Shown: positions 43,069-54,878, counted from the first letter of the stretch. The stretch is 64,000 nucleotides of DNA from a bacterium (GCA_040390065.1 JAZJZE010000001.1:1-64000); one strand, 5' to 3'. The notes: a model not told the origin generated them from the sequence alone. Translations and numbers: made by a program.

Positions 43069-43383
43069 TTACCCCTCGTCAGCCAGCCGGCGGACGTAGC
43101 GGTCGGCGTAGTCCCAGAGGCGCCCGGCGTCGAGGTCGTCGTACGCGTGGGCCAGCCGGACGCGAAGGCCGCGCAGGTTGCGCCAGTCGATGTCCACATC
43201 GGGGTGGTCGTCGCCCAAACGGGTGGCCACCTCGCCAAGAAGCTCCAACGTCCGTTCCAGGACGCGTTGCTTGGTCTTGTCCCGAAGGACGTCCTGCTTG
43301 CTCCACTTCGTGATGTAGCCGACAATTTCGGCGGCCAGCTCCCGCAGTTCGCGCAGATCCTCTTCATGGGTCTGGGCCGACAA
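43069..43383 (-). CDS. HEPN (HepT/DUF86-like) RNase toxin
   Basis: ERTLELLGE and RVRLAHAY (RxxxxH followed by Y). Confidence 0.85.
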   Translation of the reverse strand: MSAQTHEEDLRELRELAAEIVGYITKWSKQDVLRDKTKQRVLERTLELLGEVATRLGDDHPDVDIDWRNLRGLRVRLAHAYDDLDAGRLWDYADRYVRRLADEG

Positions 43384-43786
43384 GCGCCACCCCGTCCTCC
43401 CTGATGTGCTTCCAAAGGCGACTCTCCGGGCGAGGCAGGTCGCCCAGGTCAACCTTGACTCCGAACAGGTCGGAGAACTCGTCCTGGAGTTGGAAGAGCT
43501 CGGTGATGTCGCCGGTCTTGGGCATCTCCACGACGAGGTCGAGGTCGCTTGCCGGATGCCGGTCGTCGCGGACTCGGCTGCCGAACGCGATGAGGCGCGT
43601 CACCTTGTGTGCCTTGCAGATTTCCTCGGCCTTCTTGCGGTGGGCCCTCCACAGGTCCTGGGCCATGGGCGTCGCATCGCGCAGGACGCGCCGGATGTAA
43701 GCGTCAAGGCTGGGGGAAGTGAAACGGTCGCGACCCTGCGCCAGGATGTCCCGCGTGGCGTCGGAGACGAGGATCGTCGTGTTCAT
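43364..43786 (-). CDS. MNT nucleotidyltransferase antitoxin with N-terminal RHH-like extension
   Basis: FGSRVR..SDLDL, VKVDL; N-terminus TTILVSDATRDIL...LDAYIRRVL. Confidence 0.85.
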   Translation of the reverse strand: MNTTILVSDATRDILAQGRDRFTSPSLDAYIRRVLRDATPMAQDLWRAHRKKAEEICKAHKVTRLIAFGSRVRDDRHPASDLDLVVEMPKTGDITELFQLQDEFSDLFGVKVDLGDLPRPESRLWKHIREDGVALVGPDP

Positions 43787-43793
43787 GGCTTGT

Positions 43794-43815
43794 ATATGGA
43801 ATATGGAACATATGT
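43794..43815 (-). promoter_or_regulatory. Putative TA operator/promoter
   Basis: atatgga twice, followed by palindrome acatatgt, directly upstream of the MNT gene. Confidence 0.5.
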
Positions 43816-43824
43816 GCTTTGACT

Positions 43825-44040
43825 TTAGGGGCCATCTCTGAGGCGCTCCTGGGCGGCCTGCAGGGCGCGCGGGTAGTCGGCTTGGAACGGGGCCAACTCC
43901 CTCTCAAGCACGCTGCACAGATTCCAGAGCGCGCGCTTCTCGGCTTGGTCTCGAAAGGCGACGCTCCCAGTGTCGCTGAAGTTCTGGAGCCAGTCGAACA
44001 GTACGAATGCCTCGTCGTCGGTAAGAGGAATGGACGGCAC
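43825..44040 (-). CDS. Small hypothetical protein, bacterial-like
   Basis: LTDDEAFVLFDWL...DQAEKRALWNLCSVLE...AAQERLRD resembles small bacterial hypothetical proteins I recall. Confidence 0.65.
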   Translation of the reverse strand: MPSIPLTDDEAFVLFDWLQNFSDTGSVAFRDQAEKRALWNLCSVLERELAPFQADYPRALQAAQERLRDGP

Positions 44041-44089
44041 AGCCGAGTGACCGTCGCGCGGCGAATACGGGTCCCGGCCTCGGGGGCTG

Positions 44090-44310
44090 CTCGCGAGCGT
44101 AGCGAGCAGACGGCGCTGAGCGGAGCGTAGCGAACGCGAGGCTCGAGAGGAGCCGAGTGCCCTCAGCGAGCGAAGCGATGCTGTGGCACGATGGCGAGCG
44201 GCCCCCGTCTCCTCCGAGGGGTCTGGGGCCCGGAGGGCCCCAGAGTCGGGCCGCCCTTGCGGACGACGAAATGGGTTCCGAGCGAAGCGAAGGACTCCCG
44301 TTTCGTCGCG
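44090..44310. repeat. REP-like element with gagcg(t/a)agcga repeats and GC hairpins
   Basis: gagcgtagcga twice, gagcgaagcga twice, ggggtctggggcccggagggccccag, gacgaaa...tttcgtc. Confidence 0.6.
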
Positions 44311-45288
44311 TTAGAACCCGAGCGTGATCTTTCCGCCCTTCTTCAGCTCGTCCAGCGCCTTCTCCTTGTAGCGGTCGATGGCGTTCGGGTCGGAGACGTT
44401 GCGGCGGGCCGTCGTGTTGACCTGCTGGATCTCCTTGCGTTCCGCGTCGAACTGCGCCTTGCGCTCGTTGCGGATGGACATGACCTTCTCGCGCATTTCC
44501 ATGCCCTTGTTGTGGCAGTCGTCGGCCTTCTCCTTGCACGCGACGAATTCGGCGTGCTTCTTGTTGGCTTCCTGGACGAGGACGCGGATCTCTTTCACGC
44601 CGGCGATGAACTTCTCGTGGTGCGCGCTGGCTTCCTTGAGGGCGGCAACGACGTGGCCGTGCTCTTCGTCGGCCTTGGCAAAGAGCGCGTCGATGGAGCC
44701 GTCCGTGTCGGCCATCTCGACCTCGACGGACTTCTGCTTCTTCAGCTCGGATTCCTTCTCCTTGAGTTCGAGCCACAGGTCGCGGATCTTCTCGACCAGG
44801 ACCTTCTCCTTCGACGGGGACATGATGGTGGTCTGCTGCTGCTCGACCATCGCCTGGATGTCATTGCGCAGTTTGCGGACCGTCAGGGGAAGCGAGCGCT
44901 CGACGGCGGCGGCGCCGGCCTTGCCCTTCTTGGCGGCGATGAGCGCCTTGGCCTGGTCCTGGTACGCGTTCCGGAGCTCCTTGTGCTGTCGCATGACCTC
45001 GTTGGCGGCGTCGCGGGCGACTTTGTGCTGCTCGATCTCCTCCGACTTGACGCGGCGGGACTCGTTCAGGAGGTCGCGGTCTGTCCGCGCCTTCTTGGCG
45101 AGTTCGTTCATCTCGTTGCGCGTGTCCAAGAGGGAGTTGAACTTGGCTTGCAGGTTGCGCACGTCGGCCTCGCCCAGCGGCGCGGCAGGTGCGGCGTCCG
45201 CGGGGGCTGTTGCGGCGGCGGGGGCGGCAGGGGCGGCCTTCTTCTCGGGGGCGGTCGTGGTCTGGCCTGGGGCCTCTGCAGCGGTCAT
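44311..45288 (-). CDS. Archaeal coiled-coil protein (COG1340-like)
   Basis: Long heptad K/E-rich sequence, QQT..MS..KEK.LV, C-terminal KGGKITL. Confidence 0.8.
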   Translation of the reverse strand: MTAAEAPGQTTTAPEKKAAPAAPAAATAPADAAPAAPLGEADVRNLQAKFNSLLDTRNEMNELAKKARTDRDLLNESRRVKSEEIEQHKVARDAANEVMRQHKELRNAYQDQAKALIAAKKGKAGAAAVERSLPLTVRKLRNDIQAMVEQQQTTIMSPSKEKVLVEKIRDLWLELKEKESELKKQKSVEVEMADTDGSIDALFAKADEEHGHVVAALKEASAHHEKFIAGVKEIRVLVQEANKKHAEFVACKEKADDCHNKGMEMREKVMSIRNERKAQFDAERKEIQQVNTTARRNVSDPNAIDRYKEKALDELKKGGKITLGF

Positions 45289-45393
45289 CGTGCGTCAATC
45301 CTGCCCAGGGGTTTCCCACTGGGCAATCCTGGCCCAGGAAAAGCCCCGTTTAAAGGCTGCGTTCGAGGTACCCCGAGCGGCGCGGCGCCGTGC

Positions 45394-47229
45394 TCACGCG
45401 AGAAACACTTGCACTTTGACCTGGTTCTTGCCGGCGCCCGCCGTCCACGGCAGCAGGGCGCTCTTCTGCCCCTTGGCGGGGACGTCGATGCGTTGTTCGA
45501 GGGTCGGCTTGCCGTCGAGGAGGAGGACGACGCGTAGCGTGGCCGGGATGCCGCCCGCGTTGTGGATTGTCGCCGTCGTCGTGACCGTCGCCCCCGGCCG
45601 AGGCGCGGCGGGGTCGTGGCGGACCTCCGCAAGTTGGATGTCGCGCGCGCTTGCGTAGCCCGTGTGGGCTGCGGCCTCGACGGTGACCTTGACGTGTGCG
45701 CGGTGGGCCGGATGCTCGGCGCCCTGGCTGTCGAGGGGCACCACGTCGAACTCAACGGTCTCGCGCTCCTTGCTGGCGGCGTCCGCCGGGACCTGGATGC
45801 GCAGTGTCCCCGACACCGGGCCCGGCGTGTCGCCGCCGAGAGCCATGTCGACGGGCGTCCCGGGGTCGACGCGTTCGCTGCGACCCATCTGCAGGCCGGC
45901 GCGCCAAGACCGGCCTTCGCCGCGCAGGGTGCCGCGGGCCATGAATGTCCGCTTGCGGCGAGGTGTGAGTTCGACCTTGAACTCGGCGGTGCCGCCCGGC
46001 GCCATGACGACGCGCTTGGGCGTCACTTGGAGCCGGACCCAGGGGTTTCGCGTCAGGAACATGATGAGGTAGACGGCGACGATGGCGACGAGGAGGAATG
46101 CCGCGAGAAGTGCAAGTTCGGCGAAGTCGCCCAGCGGCTTGTCGAGGCCCATCCCCTTGGCAAGCGGTGTCAGGAACCCGAGTTGTTCGGGCACGGGCGT
46201 GCGCGTCGTGGGCGGTGGCGGCGTCGGATGCGACAAGTCGACGATCGTGCGCGCTTCCACGGTGGCGGCCCCGCCGCGCGTGCTCGTGGCCTGCACTTGG
46301 ACGTCGAGGTTGCCGCCCGGATGGTTATGCAATGTGAGCGTGAGGGTGAGCGTGCCTTTCGCGCCGTGCCCCAGGCTCAAGGTGGTGCGGTCGAGGACGG
46401 GTTGGCCGAAGGACGGTTGGTTGGCGATGCCGAAGTTGACGGTGTCGGCGTCCGTGCCGCTGTTCGTGGCTTCGATGTGGAAGACGATGCTGGCGTTGCC
46501 GTCATGGACGGTCACCTGGCGGCCCGAGAATGCGTCGTCCTCGAACGTGTTGGGGCACGAACCCGTGGGCGGGCACGTCGTGTGCTGGTGCACGGAGCCG
46601 CCCGTGATCGTCACCTGCAGGCCGGCCTGGATGGCGGTGCGCGGGATGGTAAACGGCCCGGCCACGCCGGAATCCGGTGCCAAGTCCGTGCCAGTCGTGT
46701 CGTCCTGCGTGACCGCGCCAGGCGCGCTGCCTGGATCTGTGTCCTGCGTCGAGACCGTGAAGTTGCCGAGCTGGTCCCCACCGACGGCCCCGACGGCCAC
46801 AAGCGGCATGGTGACGGCGAGGTTGGTGCCTTGCGCCTGGGAACGTGCGCCCGTGACGCCGCTCACAACGCCGTTCAGGACCGAAAGTGTGTACGCCGCC
46901 CCTTGCGCCGTGCTGGACTCGAGACTCGTCGGGCCGTGCGAGACGGTGAAGTGGAGGGTGACGGTCTCGCTGGCCGTGACCGCGGCCGTCGTCGCCACCG
47001 TCAACGTGAGGTTGCCGAGCGCCACGTCGCCCGTCAAGCGCAGGATGTCCGTCTGCGCCATCGACGGCGGCTGGACGGCAAGCGGTCCCGGCGTCACGGC
47101 TTGGTCGCCGGGGGGATCCGTCACGATGGGCGGGCAGCCGCCGGGGCACGCCGTCTGGGCGCTTGCCGGGGCAAGGGTGGCCAGTAGCACTCCCAGGCCC
47201 AACCCAAGCGCAAGCAGGCTCCTCCGCAT
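45394..47229 (-). CDS. Single-pass membrane protein with Ig-like/CARDB-like domains
   Basis: Signal peptide, T-rich beta domains, central TM, C-terminal ATIHNAG...WTAGAG. Confidence 0.75.
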   Translation of the reverse strand: MRRSLLALGLGLGVLLATLAPASAQTACPGGCPPIVTDPPGDQAVTPGPLAVQPPSMAQTDILRLTGDVALGNLTLTVATTAAVTASETVTLHFTVSHGPTSLESSTAQGAAYTLSVLNGVVSGVTGARSQAQGTNLAVTMPLVAVGAVGGDQLGNFTVSTQDTDPGSAPGAVTQDDTTGTDLAPDSGVAGPFTIPRTAIQAGLQVTITGGSVHQHTTCPPTGSCPNTFEDDAFSGRQVTVHDGNASIVFHIEATNSGTDADTVNFGIANQPSFGQPVLDRTTLSLGHGAKGTLTLTLTLHNHPGGNLDVQVQATSTRGGAATVEARTIVDLSHPTPPPPTTRTPVPEQLGFLTPLAKGMGLDKPLGDFAELALLAAFLLVAIVAVYLIMFLTRNPWVRLQVTPKRVVMAPGGTAEFKVELTPRRKRTFMARGTLRGEGRSWRAGLQMGRSERVDPGTPVDMALGGDTPGPVSGTLRIQVPADAASKERETVEFDVVPLDSQGAEHPAHRAHVKVTVEAAAHTGYASARDIQLAEVRHDPAAPRPGATVTTTATIHNAGGIPATLRVVLLLDGKPTLEQRIDVPAKGQKSALLPWTAGAGKNQVKVQVFLA

Positions 47230-47292
47230 CCAATCCCAGGGTGGCCGACTGCCATATAAATATTAAAAGCCGACCGCCTTGCGCCAACCAGC

Positions 47293-47571
47293 ATGGCCGA
47301 CGCGGAACTCACCAAACGCCTCGTCAAGATCCTGACCGAGCTCGAGGAGCGCTTCGCCCAGGGCACGATGAGCCTGCGCGAGATGACGGCCCTCGTCGAG
47401 AAAGAGAAGATCCCGCACCTCGATGGATACCTGCGCCGCGCCGGCGCCCTCGACTACCAATCCCCGAAGCGTTTCTTCCAGGCCGGCCCCGACCTGAAGA
47501 GCGTGCGCGACGCCCTCAAGAAGGGCAAAGTCCCGCGCGGCCTCGAAGGCCTTCTCGGCAGTGCCACGTAG
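47293..47571 (+). CDS. Hypothetical protein (92 aa)
   Basis: Strong host codon bias; TATA attaaaag about 30 nt upstream. Confidence 0.7.
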   Translation: MADAELTKRLVKILTELEERFAQGTMSLREMTALVEKEKIPHLDGYLRRAGALDYQSPKRFFQAGPDLKSVRDALKKGKVPRGLEGLLGSAT

Positions 47572-47635
47572 AGCAGCACCGTCGCTTCAACGACACCGCT
47601 AGGTTCCTTATCCAACCCTGCCCGGGTGCCCCAAC

Positions 47636-48166
47636 GTGCAGAGGGTCGTCCTTCTCCTCGCCGCGGCCATCCTTGCCGGCTGCGCTGCGCCGCAACCCTC
47701 AGTCCCAACGCCCGAACTCCAGCGCCACTCCGAGCCCGTCGACGCCACCGTGACCGTTCGCCACTTCAACGGCACGTTCGACCTCGCCCTGTGGCAGGTT
47801 GCGGCCGATCGCATGGCGGTCGCCCGCAGCGGACCAAACTGCGTGGGCCTCGACGCGGCAGACATCCTCGTAGGCCGGGCCACCGTCCGGTGGACGCCGA
47901 CCGTGCCGGCCACGCCGATGGAACTCGTCCTGGCCGACGAAGGGACCCTGCATGGTCTGGCGACGGGAACGGGCACCATCACGCTCAACATCCGCGCCTT
48001 CAACGAGACCGGGGCGCGTTTCGAGCCGCTTCTGGCTTGGCAGATCAGCGCCGACCGGCCGGCTGGGGTCGTCGACGAGCATGGCGTGCTCGAGCTGGAT
48101 TTCGATTATCGGGCCTCCCGCGACGCGCATCCCGCCACGGGCGGCGGCTGCGCGGTCTATCACTAG
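47636..48166 (+). CDS. Putative lipoprotein
   Basis: Lipobox ILAGC after a hydrophobic stretch. Confidence 0.7.
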   Translation: MQRVVLLLAAAILAGCAAPQPSVPTPELQRHSEPVDATVTVRHFNGTFDLALWQVAADRMAVARSGPNCVGLDAADILVGRATVRWTPTVPATPMELVLADEGTLHGLATGTGTITLNIRAFNETGARFEPLLAWQISADRPAGVVDEHGVLELDFDYRASRDAHPATGGGCAVYH

Positions 48167-48169
48167 GTG

Positions 48170-48541
48170 TTATGCGCAGCAGACCGACTGCTCTCCATGC
48201 GCGCTGGCCCACTCCATCAATGGAGCAACTGCGGCAAGCAGTCGCCGGCCCTTCGCCGTGAGCGAGTACTCGACGCGGGGCGGGACTTCGGCGAAGGCGT
48301 GGCGGGTGACGATGCCGTGCGTTTGCAGGGCCGCAAGCGTGTCCGAGAGGGTCTTCGGGCTGACGCCTTCGAGCTCCTGCTGCAGGCGGTTGAAGCGGAC
48401 GGGTTCGCGGTTGCCGATCGTGGCGACGAGGCAGAGCGTCCACTTCTTGCCGATGAGTTCGATGACGCCGTCCGTCGGGCAGGCGCAGGTCGGGAGTTTC
48501 GTGAGTTGGCGTGCCACTTCAGGGTGGGGAAGTTCCTTCAT
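48170..48541 (-). CDS. HxlR-family winged-helix regulator
   Basis: CP...IGKKW, RFNRL, VSPKTLS, PPRVEYSLT.KG; ends VCCA. Confidence 0.92.
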   Translation of the reverse strand: MKELPHPEVARQLTKLPTCACPTDGVIELIGKKWTLCLVATIGNREPVRFNRLQQELEGVSPKTLSDTLAALQTHGIVTRHAFAEVPPRVEYSLTAKGRRLLAAVAPLMEWASAHGEQSVCCA

Positions 48542-48542
48542 C

Positions 48543-48565
48543 ACTTCAAACTTTGTAGTATAAGG
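48543..48565. promoter_or_regulatory. Near-palindromic operator and overlapping divergent TATA
   Basis: acttcaaa-c-tttgtagt (1 mismatch) abutting gtataagg. Confidence 0.55.
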
Positions 48566-48599
48566 CTCCGACCGACATGCATGCCTTCGGAGGTGACCC

Positions 48600-48641
48600 A
48601 TGATCGGACCCGGTGACTGCTGCGGCGGCTTGTGCTGCTGA
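48600..48641 (+). CDS. 13-aa Cys-rich micropeptide MIGPGDCCGGLCC
   Basis: SD GGAGGTGA (48589-48596) complementary to this genome's 16S tail, TATA upstream, pyrimidine tract downstream. Confidence 0.65.
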   Translation: MIGPGDCCGGLCC

Positions 48642-48686
48642 TCGTTGAATACGGTCCTTTTCCTTTCTTCCCCGCCTGCCGCCGCG

Positions 48687-48763
48687 GGTCAACAGATAGA
48701 ACAGATGAAACCGATGCCCGATCACGCTGCCCATATCGGTTCAATCTGTTTCATCTGTTGACC
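48687..48763. repeat. Palindromic element with 3x9-bp arms
   Basis: ggtc-aacagatag-aacagatga-aaccgat ... atcggtt-caatctgtt-tcatctgtt-gacc. Confidence 0.85.
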
Positions 48764-48969
48764 GTCCGGCCATGGCAAGGCAAACCGCTAAGCGTCCACG
48801 CACCATCCCAAGCTTGCCGGTCTGACCCCCGGCCCCGGCGGCGCCACGTTTTCCCGGTCCGCTGGCTGCCCCCCAGAGCGCCTTGCGGCGTGCGGGGGGC
48901 TTCAATCCCTTTCACCCGATTTTTCGCACCGGACGCAACGGCTATGCCGGCCGCCCGGTCTCGACGCGC

Positions 48970-49461
48970 GTGCTTCGCGGCGTTCCCATCGCGTTCCTGC
49001 TCGCCGTCGTCCTCGCCGGCTGCGCGTCGTCTAGTCCGCCGACGTCCAACCCGCCTGCAACCGCATGTGACGAATCGCTATGGGACCACGTCTACCACCC
49101 CGATCGCCTGAAAGACCCCGACCCCGCCGTCCACCACAAGTGCCTGACCGTGACCGGGACGGTGCGCAACGTCCTGCACGAGGCCGACGGCGACGACCAC
49201 ATCCGTCTGCACGTCGACGCCGGCTTCGAGGGCCTTCTCAACGACAAGAACCGCTCGGAACAACAGGGTGACCTCGTGGTCGAACCCATGTGCGTCGGCA
49301 CCGTCACGCAAGACGACGCGAAGGACGCATGCAGCACCTTCCACAACCAGGTCACGATCCCCAGGATCGGCGACCACGTCACCGTCGTCGGCGTGCACGT
49401 CCTCGACAACCAGCACGGCTGGATGGAACTCCACCCAGTGACCAGCATCACGGTCGGCTAG
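48970..49461 (+). CDS. Putative lipoprotein with OB-fold-like His-rich domain
   Basis: VLAGC lipobox; YHPDRL, EADGDDH, HGWMELHPV. Confidence 0.75.
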   Translation: MLRGVPIAFLLAVVLAGCASSSPPTSNPPATACDESLWDHVYHPDRLKDPDPAVHHKCLTVTGTVRNVLHEADGDDHIRLHVDAGFEGLLNDKNRSEQQGDLVVEPMCVGTVTQDDAKDACSTFHNQVTIPRIGDHVTVVGVHVLDNQHGWMELHPVTSITVG

Positions 49462-50039
49462 ACCGCCTGCTGCGCCTTCTCGCCATGGCCCGTCGAAAGC
49501 CCCTGCAGGCCGGCCGCAAAGCCCCCAAGCCAGGCCAGGTCGTTGCGCTGCGGCACCGACATGCCGTCACCGATCACGAATTCCGTCGCCTCGATTGCGC
49601 CGCGCTGCAAGAACTCGCGCCGCGACATCGCATCCGCCTGCGGGTAGGCCGAGACGATGAGCTGCGCCTCGATCCAACCGGCGTCGCTCAGGTGCTTGAG
49701 AAGGCGCGTGTCGGCGTCGTGCACCTGCGGGTCCAGCGTCTCCATCCACGCCGCGTAGATGCTCGCAAGCGCCCGCGCCCCAGCCAGCCCATCGCCAAAC
49801 GCGTCGACGGCGTCGCGGCCGAGTTCCAGGAACGCACCCCGCAGCGACTTGACCATCGTCGGCGCCGCAAGCTTGGCACCGCCGCCGAGGCTGGTGCGCA
49901 ACTGCTCGTGGAACAACCGGGACGCCCGCGGCCGGACGTCGGAGACGTGGCGGTCGATGGCCGACGGTGTCCGCCGGCCCCGGTCGGAGAGCCGCTTTGC
50001 CGTAGCCGACCGTTGCCCCGGTGCGTGTGTCTGGGTCAC
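49458..50039 (-). CDS. Hypothetical protein
   Basis: Host-like ORF with TATA-like ttaagg upstream; no recognised motif. Confidence 0.55.
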   Translation of the reverse strand: MTQTHAPGQRSATAKRLSDRGRRTPSAIDRHVSDVRPRASRLFHEQLRTSLGGGAKLAAPTMVKSLRGAFLELGRDAVDAFGDGLAGARALASIYAAWMETLDPQVHDADTRLLKHLSDAGWIEAQLIVSAYPQADAMSRREFLQRGAIEATEFVIGDGMSVPQRNDLAWLGGFAAGLQGLSTGHGEKAQQAV

Positions 50040-50340
50040 GGCCCGACTGTGCGCTGGACGGACCTTAACGGCACATGACCGCGGCAAAGCCGCCCCGTCC
50101 CCGCGGATTCCTCGGCCCGTGATTCCCCTCCACGCCTGGGAAAGGCTCATGTCCCGCCCAACCCTGCCTTCGCCTGAGCAGATTCCGGGCAGCCGGAATG
50201 GCGGATGCGTCCCCTGGATGGTCCGCGGCGACTCCGTTTTCTTAGCAAGCCTGCGCTTCCCTCGGTGGGAACAGTTTATATCCGTCCCTTCCTGCGCGAC
50301 CTTGCGGCCGCCGGCATCAGCCTGTGGCCTAGGTGAAAGC

Positions 50341-50532
50341 GTGGACTACACCCGTTTCGAGAAAGCCCGCATCGTCGGCGCCCGCGCCCTGCAACTCTCC
50401 ATGGGGGCCCCGCCCCTCATCGAGACCCCGGCGGACGTGCGCAACCCGGTGCGCGTCGCCATGCTCGAATACGAGGCCAGTGCCATCCCGCTCACCGTCA
50501 AGCGCAGTGCAACACACCAGGTGAAACAGTGA
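50341..50532 (+). CDS. rpoK: RNA polymerase subunit K (Rpo6)
   Basis: [22 protein letters not shown]. Confidence 0.95.
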   Translation: MDYTRFEKARIVGARALQLSMGAPPLIETPADVRNPVRVAMLEYEASAIPLTVKRSATHQVKQ

Positions 50533-51179
50533 GCGACGAGACTTTCCTAGACCCCCAGCAGACCGCCTCCAGCGCGCCGCCGGGAACCGAACTCCTGGTC
50601 CCCGAAGAGGAATACCTCACCTCGGGCGTCCACATCGGCACGCAGCACAAGACGGCCGACATGAAGCCGTACATCTTCCGCGTCCGCAACGACGGCCTCT
50701 TCGTCCTCGACGTCGCCAAGACGGACTCCGCCCTGCGCGCCGCCGCCCAGATGATCTCCAAGTACGACCCGAAGCGCGTCCTCTTCGTGAGCCAGCGCCA
50801 GTACGGCCAGAAGCCCGTGAAGGAGTGCGCAAAGGCCGTCGGGGCCACCGCCATCGCCGGCCGCTTCATGCCGGGCAGCCTCACCAACCCCATCACGCCC
50901 AACTTCATGGAACCCGAGATCCTCATCCTGACGGACCCCCTCGGCGACGCGCAAGCCATGCGCGAATCCATGAACATCAAGATCCCCATCCTGGGCCTCG
51001 TCGACTCCAACAACGAGACGAAGAACCTCGACATCGTCATCCCGGCCAACAACAAGGGCCGCCGCAGCCTCGCCATCATCTACTGGCTGCTCGCACGCGA
51101 GATCCTCCTCGTGCGCGGCGACATCAAGGACCGCTCGGAATTCACGAAGAGCGTCGACGACTTCGAAGCGTCGCTCTAG
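50529..51179 (+). CDS. rps2: 30S ribosomal protein uS2
   Basis: [25 protein letters not shown]. Confidence 0.97.
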   Translation: MSDETFLDPQQTASSAPPGTELLVPEEEYLTSGVHIGTQHKTADMKPYIFRVRNDGLFVLDVAKTDSALRAAAQMISKYDPKRVLFVSQRQYGQKPVKECAKAVGATAIAGRFMPGSLTNPITPNFMEPEILILTDPLGDAQAMRESMNIKIPILGLVDSNNETKNLDIVIPANNKGRRSLAIIYWLLAREILLVRGDIKDRSEFTKSVDDFEASL

Positions 51180-51208
51180 TCGCTCGCGCCGTGCCACGGG
51201 CCACCTGC

Positions 51209-51307
51209 GGCGGCGTTGCTTGCCCGCAGGCGTCGTCAGGCTCCGTTGCCGTGGCCTCCAGCCACGCCTCCGTCGCCTTCCTAGCCTGCGGCCAAGCATC
51301 GGCCGCC
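51209..51307. repeat. About 100-nt imperfect REP-like palindrome after rps2
   Basis: ggcggc..tgcttg.ccgcaggc...cgtggc-ctcca-gccacg...gcctgcgg.caagca..gccgcc. Confidence 0.65.
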
Positions 51308-51491
51308 TCGGTTCCGGCCCGCGCCTGACGCGAGCTCCCAGAGCGCCGCCGCCCGATTGCTCCCGGGTGACGCCGGGCGACCCGTTCGGTTCTTGCCCCC
51401 GTGCAAGGCGGCCGACTCGCGCCCGCCCTGTTCGATTGGCCGTCGCGCCTCCCATCCCCTTAAAAAACGGCCTTGCCTCGCGCAGCCTGAG

Positions 51492-53666
<2,175 letters not shown>

Positions 53667-53705
53667 CGAAGCAAGGCCTATCCGCGGCGCTGGCTTGCCG
53701 CGCCC

Positions 53706-54878
53706 GTGCCCACCTTTGCGCCGCGTCTGGACCGCATCGCAGCCTCGGCAACGCTTGCCATGAACGAACTAGTGGCAAAGAAGCGCAAGCTCGGCGCCGA
53801 TGTCGTGTCCTTCTCCGTCGGCGAGCCGGACTTCGTGACGCCCGAGCACGTGCGCGACGCCGCATCGAAGGCCCTGCGCGATGGTAAGACACATTACACG
53901 CCCGGCGCCGGCATCCCTGAACTGCGCGCCGCCATCGCCGCCGCCGAGGTCCGCGACGCGAAGATTCAGTGCGACGCAAGCAACGTCCTCGTCACACCCG
54001 CCAAGCACGGCATTTTCCTCGCCGTCATGGCCGTCGCGGACAAGGGGGCCGAGGTCATCATTCCCGACCCGGCGTGGGTGAGCTACGAGCCCATCATCGA
54101 ATGGGCGCACGCCAAGGCCAAGGGCGTGCCGCTCTCCGGCGACAACGGGTTCCGCATGACGCCGGAAGCCGTCGCAGCGGCCATCACCAAGAAGACCAAG
54201 GCCATCATCCTCAACTCGCCATCGAACCCGACGGGCGGCGTCAACACGAAGGCGGACGTCAAGGGCATCCTGGAGCTCGCCGTCGACCACGACTTGTGGG
54301 TCATCTCCGACGAGATCTACCAGAAGCTGCAGTACGAGGGAACGCCCGTCTCCCCAGCGAGCCTGCCGGGTGGCTTCGAGCGCACGCTCACGATCGACGG
54401 CTTGTCCAAGTCTTTTGCCATGACGGGCTGGCGCATGGGCTGGGTCGTAGCGCCGCCGAAGGCATTCGAGGCCGTGAGCCGCCTGCAGTCGCAGAGCATC
54501 ACGCACGTCACGAGCTTCGCCCAGTACGGAGCGCTCGCCGCCGTTGCGGGCCCACAGGACTCGGTTGCGTCGATGAAGAAGGAGTTCCAGGCGCGCCGCG
54601 ACATCATGGTGAAGGGCTTGCAGGCCTTGCCCGGCGTCACCTGCCCCGAGCCGAAGGGCGCGTTCTACTGCTTCCCGCATTTCGACCCCAAGAAGTGGGG
54701 CGGCATGCATGACGAGGCGCTCGCCCTCGCGATGCTGGACAAGGCCGACGTCGCCGTGACGGGGGGCTCCGCCTTCGGCTCGCGCGGCAAGGACCACTTG
54801 CGGTTCTCGTATGCGTGCAGCCGGGACAAGATCGCGGAAGGGATGAAGCGCTTGGCGACGTGGCAGCGGGCCCTGTAG
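53706..54878 (+). CDS. PLP-dependent class I aminotransferase (aspartate aminotransferase-like)
   Basis: GEPDF, NSPSNPTG, SDEIY, SKSFAMTGWRMG. Confidence 0.93.
   Translation: MPTFAPRLDRIAASATLAMNELVAKKRKLGADVVSFSVGEPDFVTPEHVRDAASKALRDGKTHYTPGAGIPELRAAIAAAEVRDAKIQCDASNVLVTPAKHGIFLAVMAVADKGAEVIIPDPAWVSYEPIIEWAHAKAKGVPLSGDNGFRMTPEAVAAAITKKTKAIILNSPSNPTGGVNTKADVKGILELAVDHDLWVISDEIYQKLQYEGTPVSPASLPGGFERTLTIDGLSKSFAMTGWRMGWVVAPPKAFEAVSRLQSQSITHVTSFAQYGALAAVAGPQDSVASMKKEFQARRDIMVKGLQALPGVTCPEPKGAFYCFPHFDPKKWGGMHDEALALAMLDKADVAVTGGSAFGSRGKDHLRFSYACSRDKIAEGMKRLATWQRAL

Noticed and set aside
50080-50340. tRNA upstream of rpoK, as in some archaea
   Set aside because: No cloverleaf or T-loop motif seen; only a TATA box near 50275
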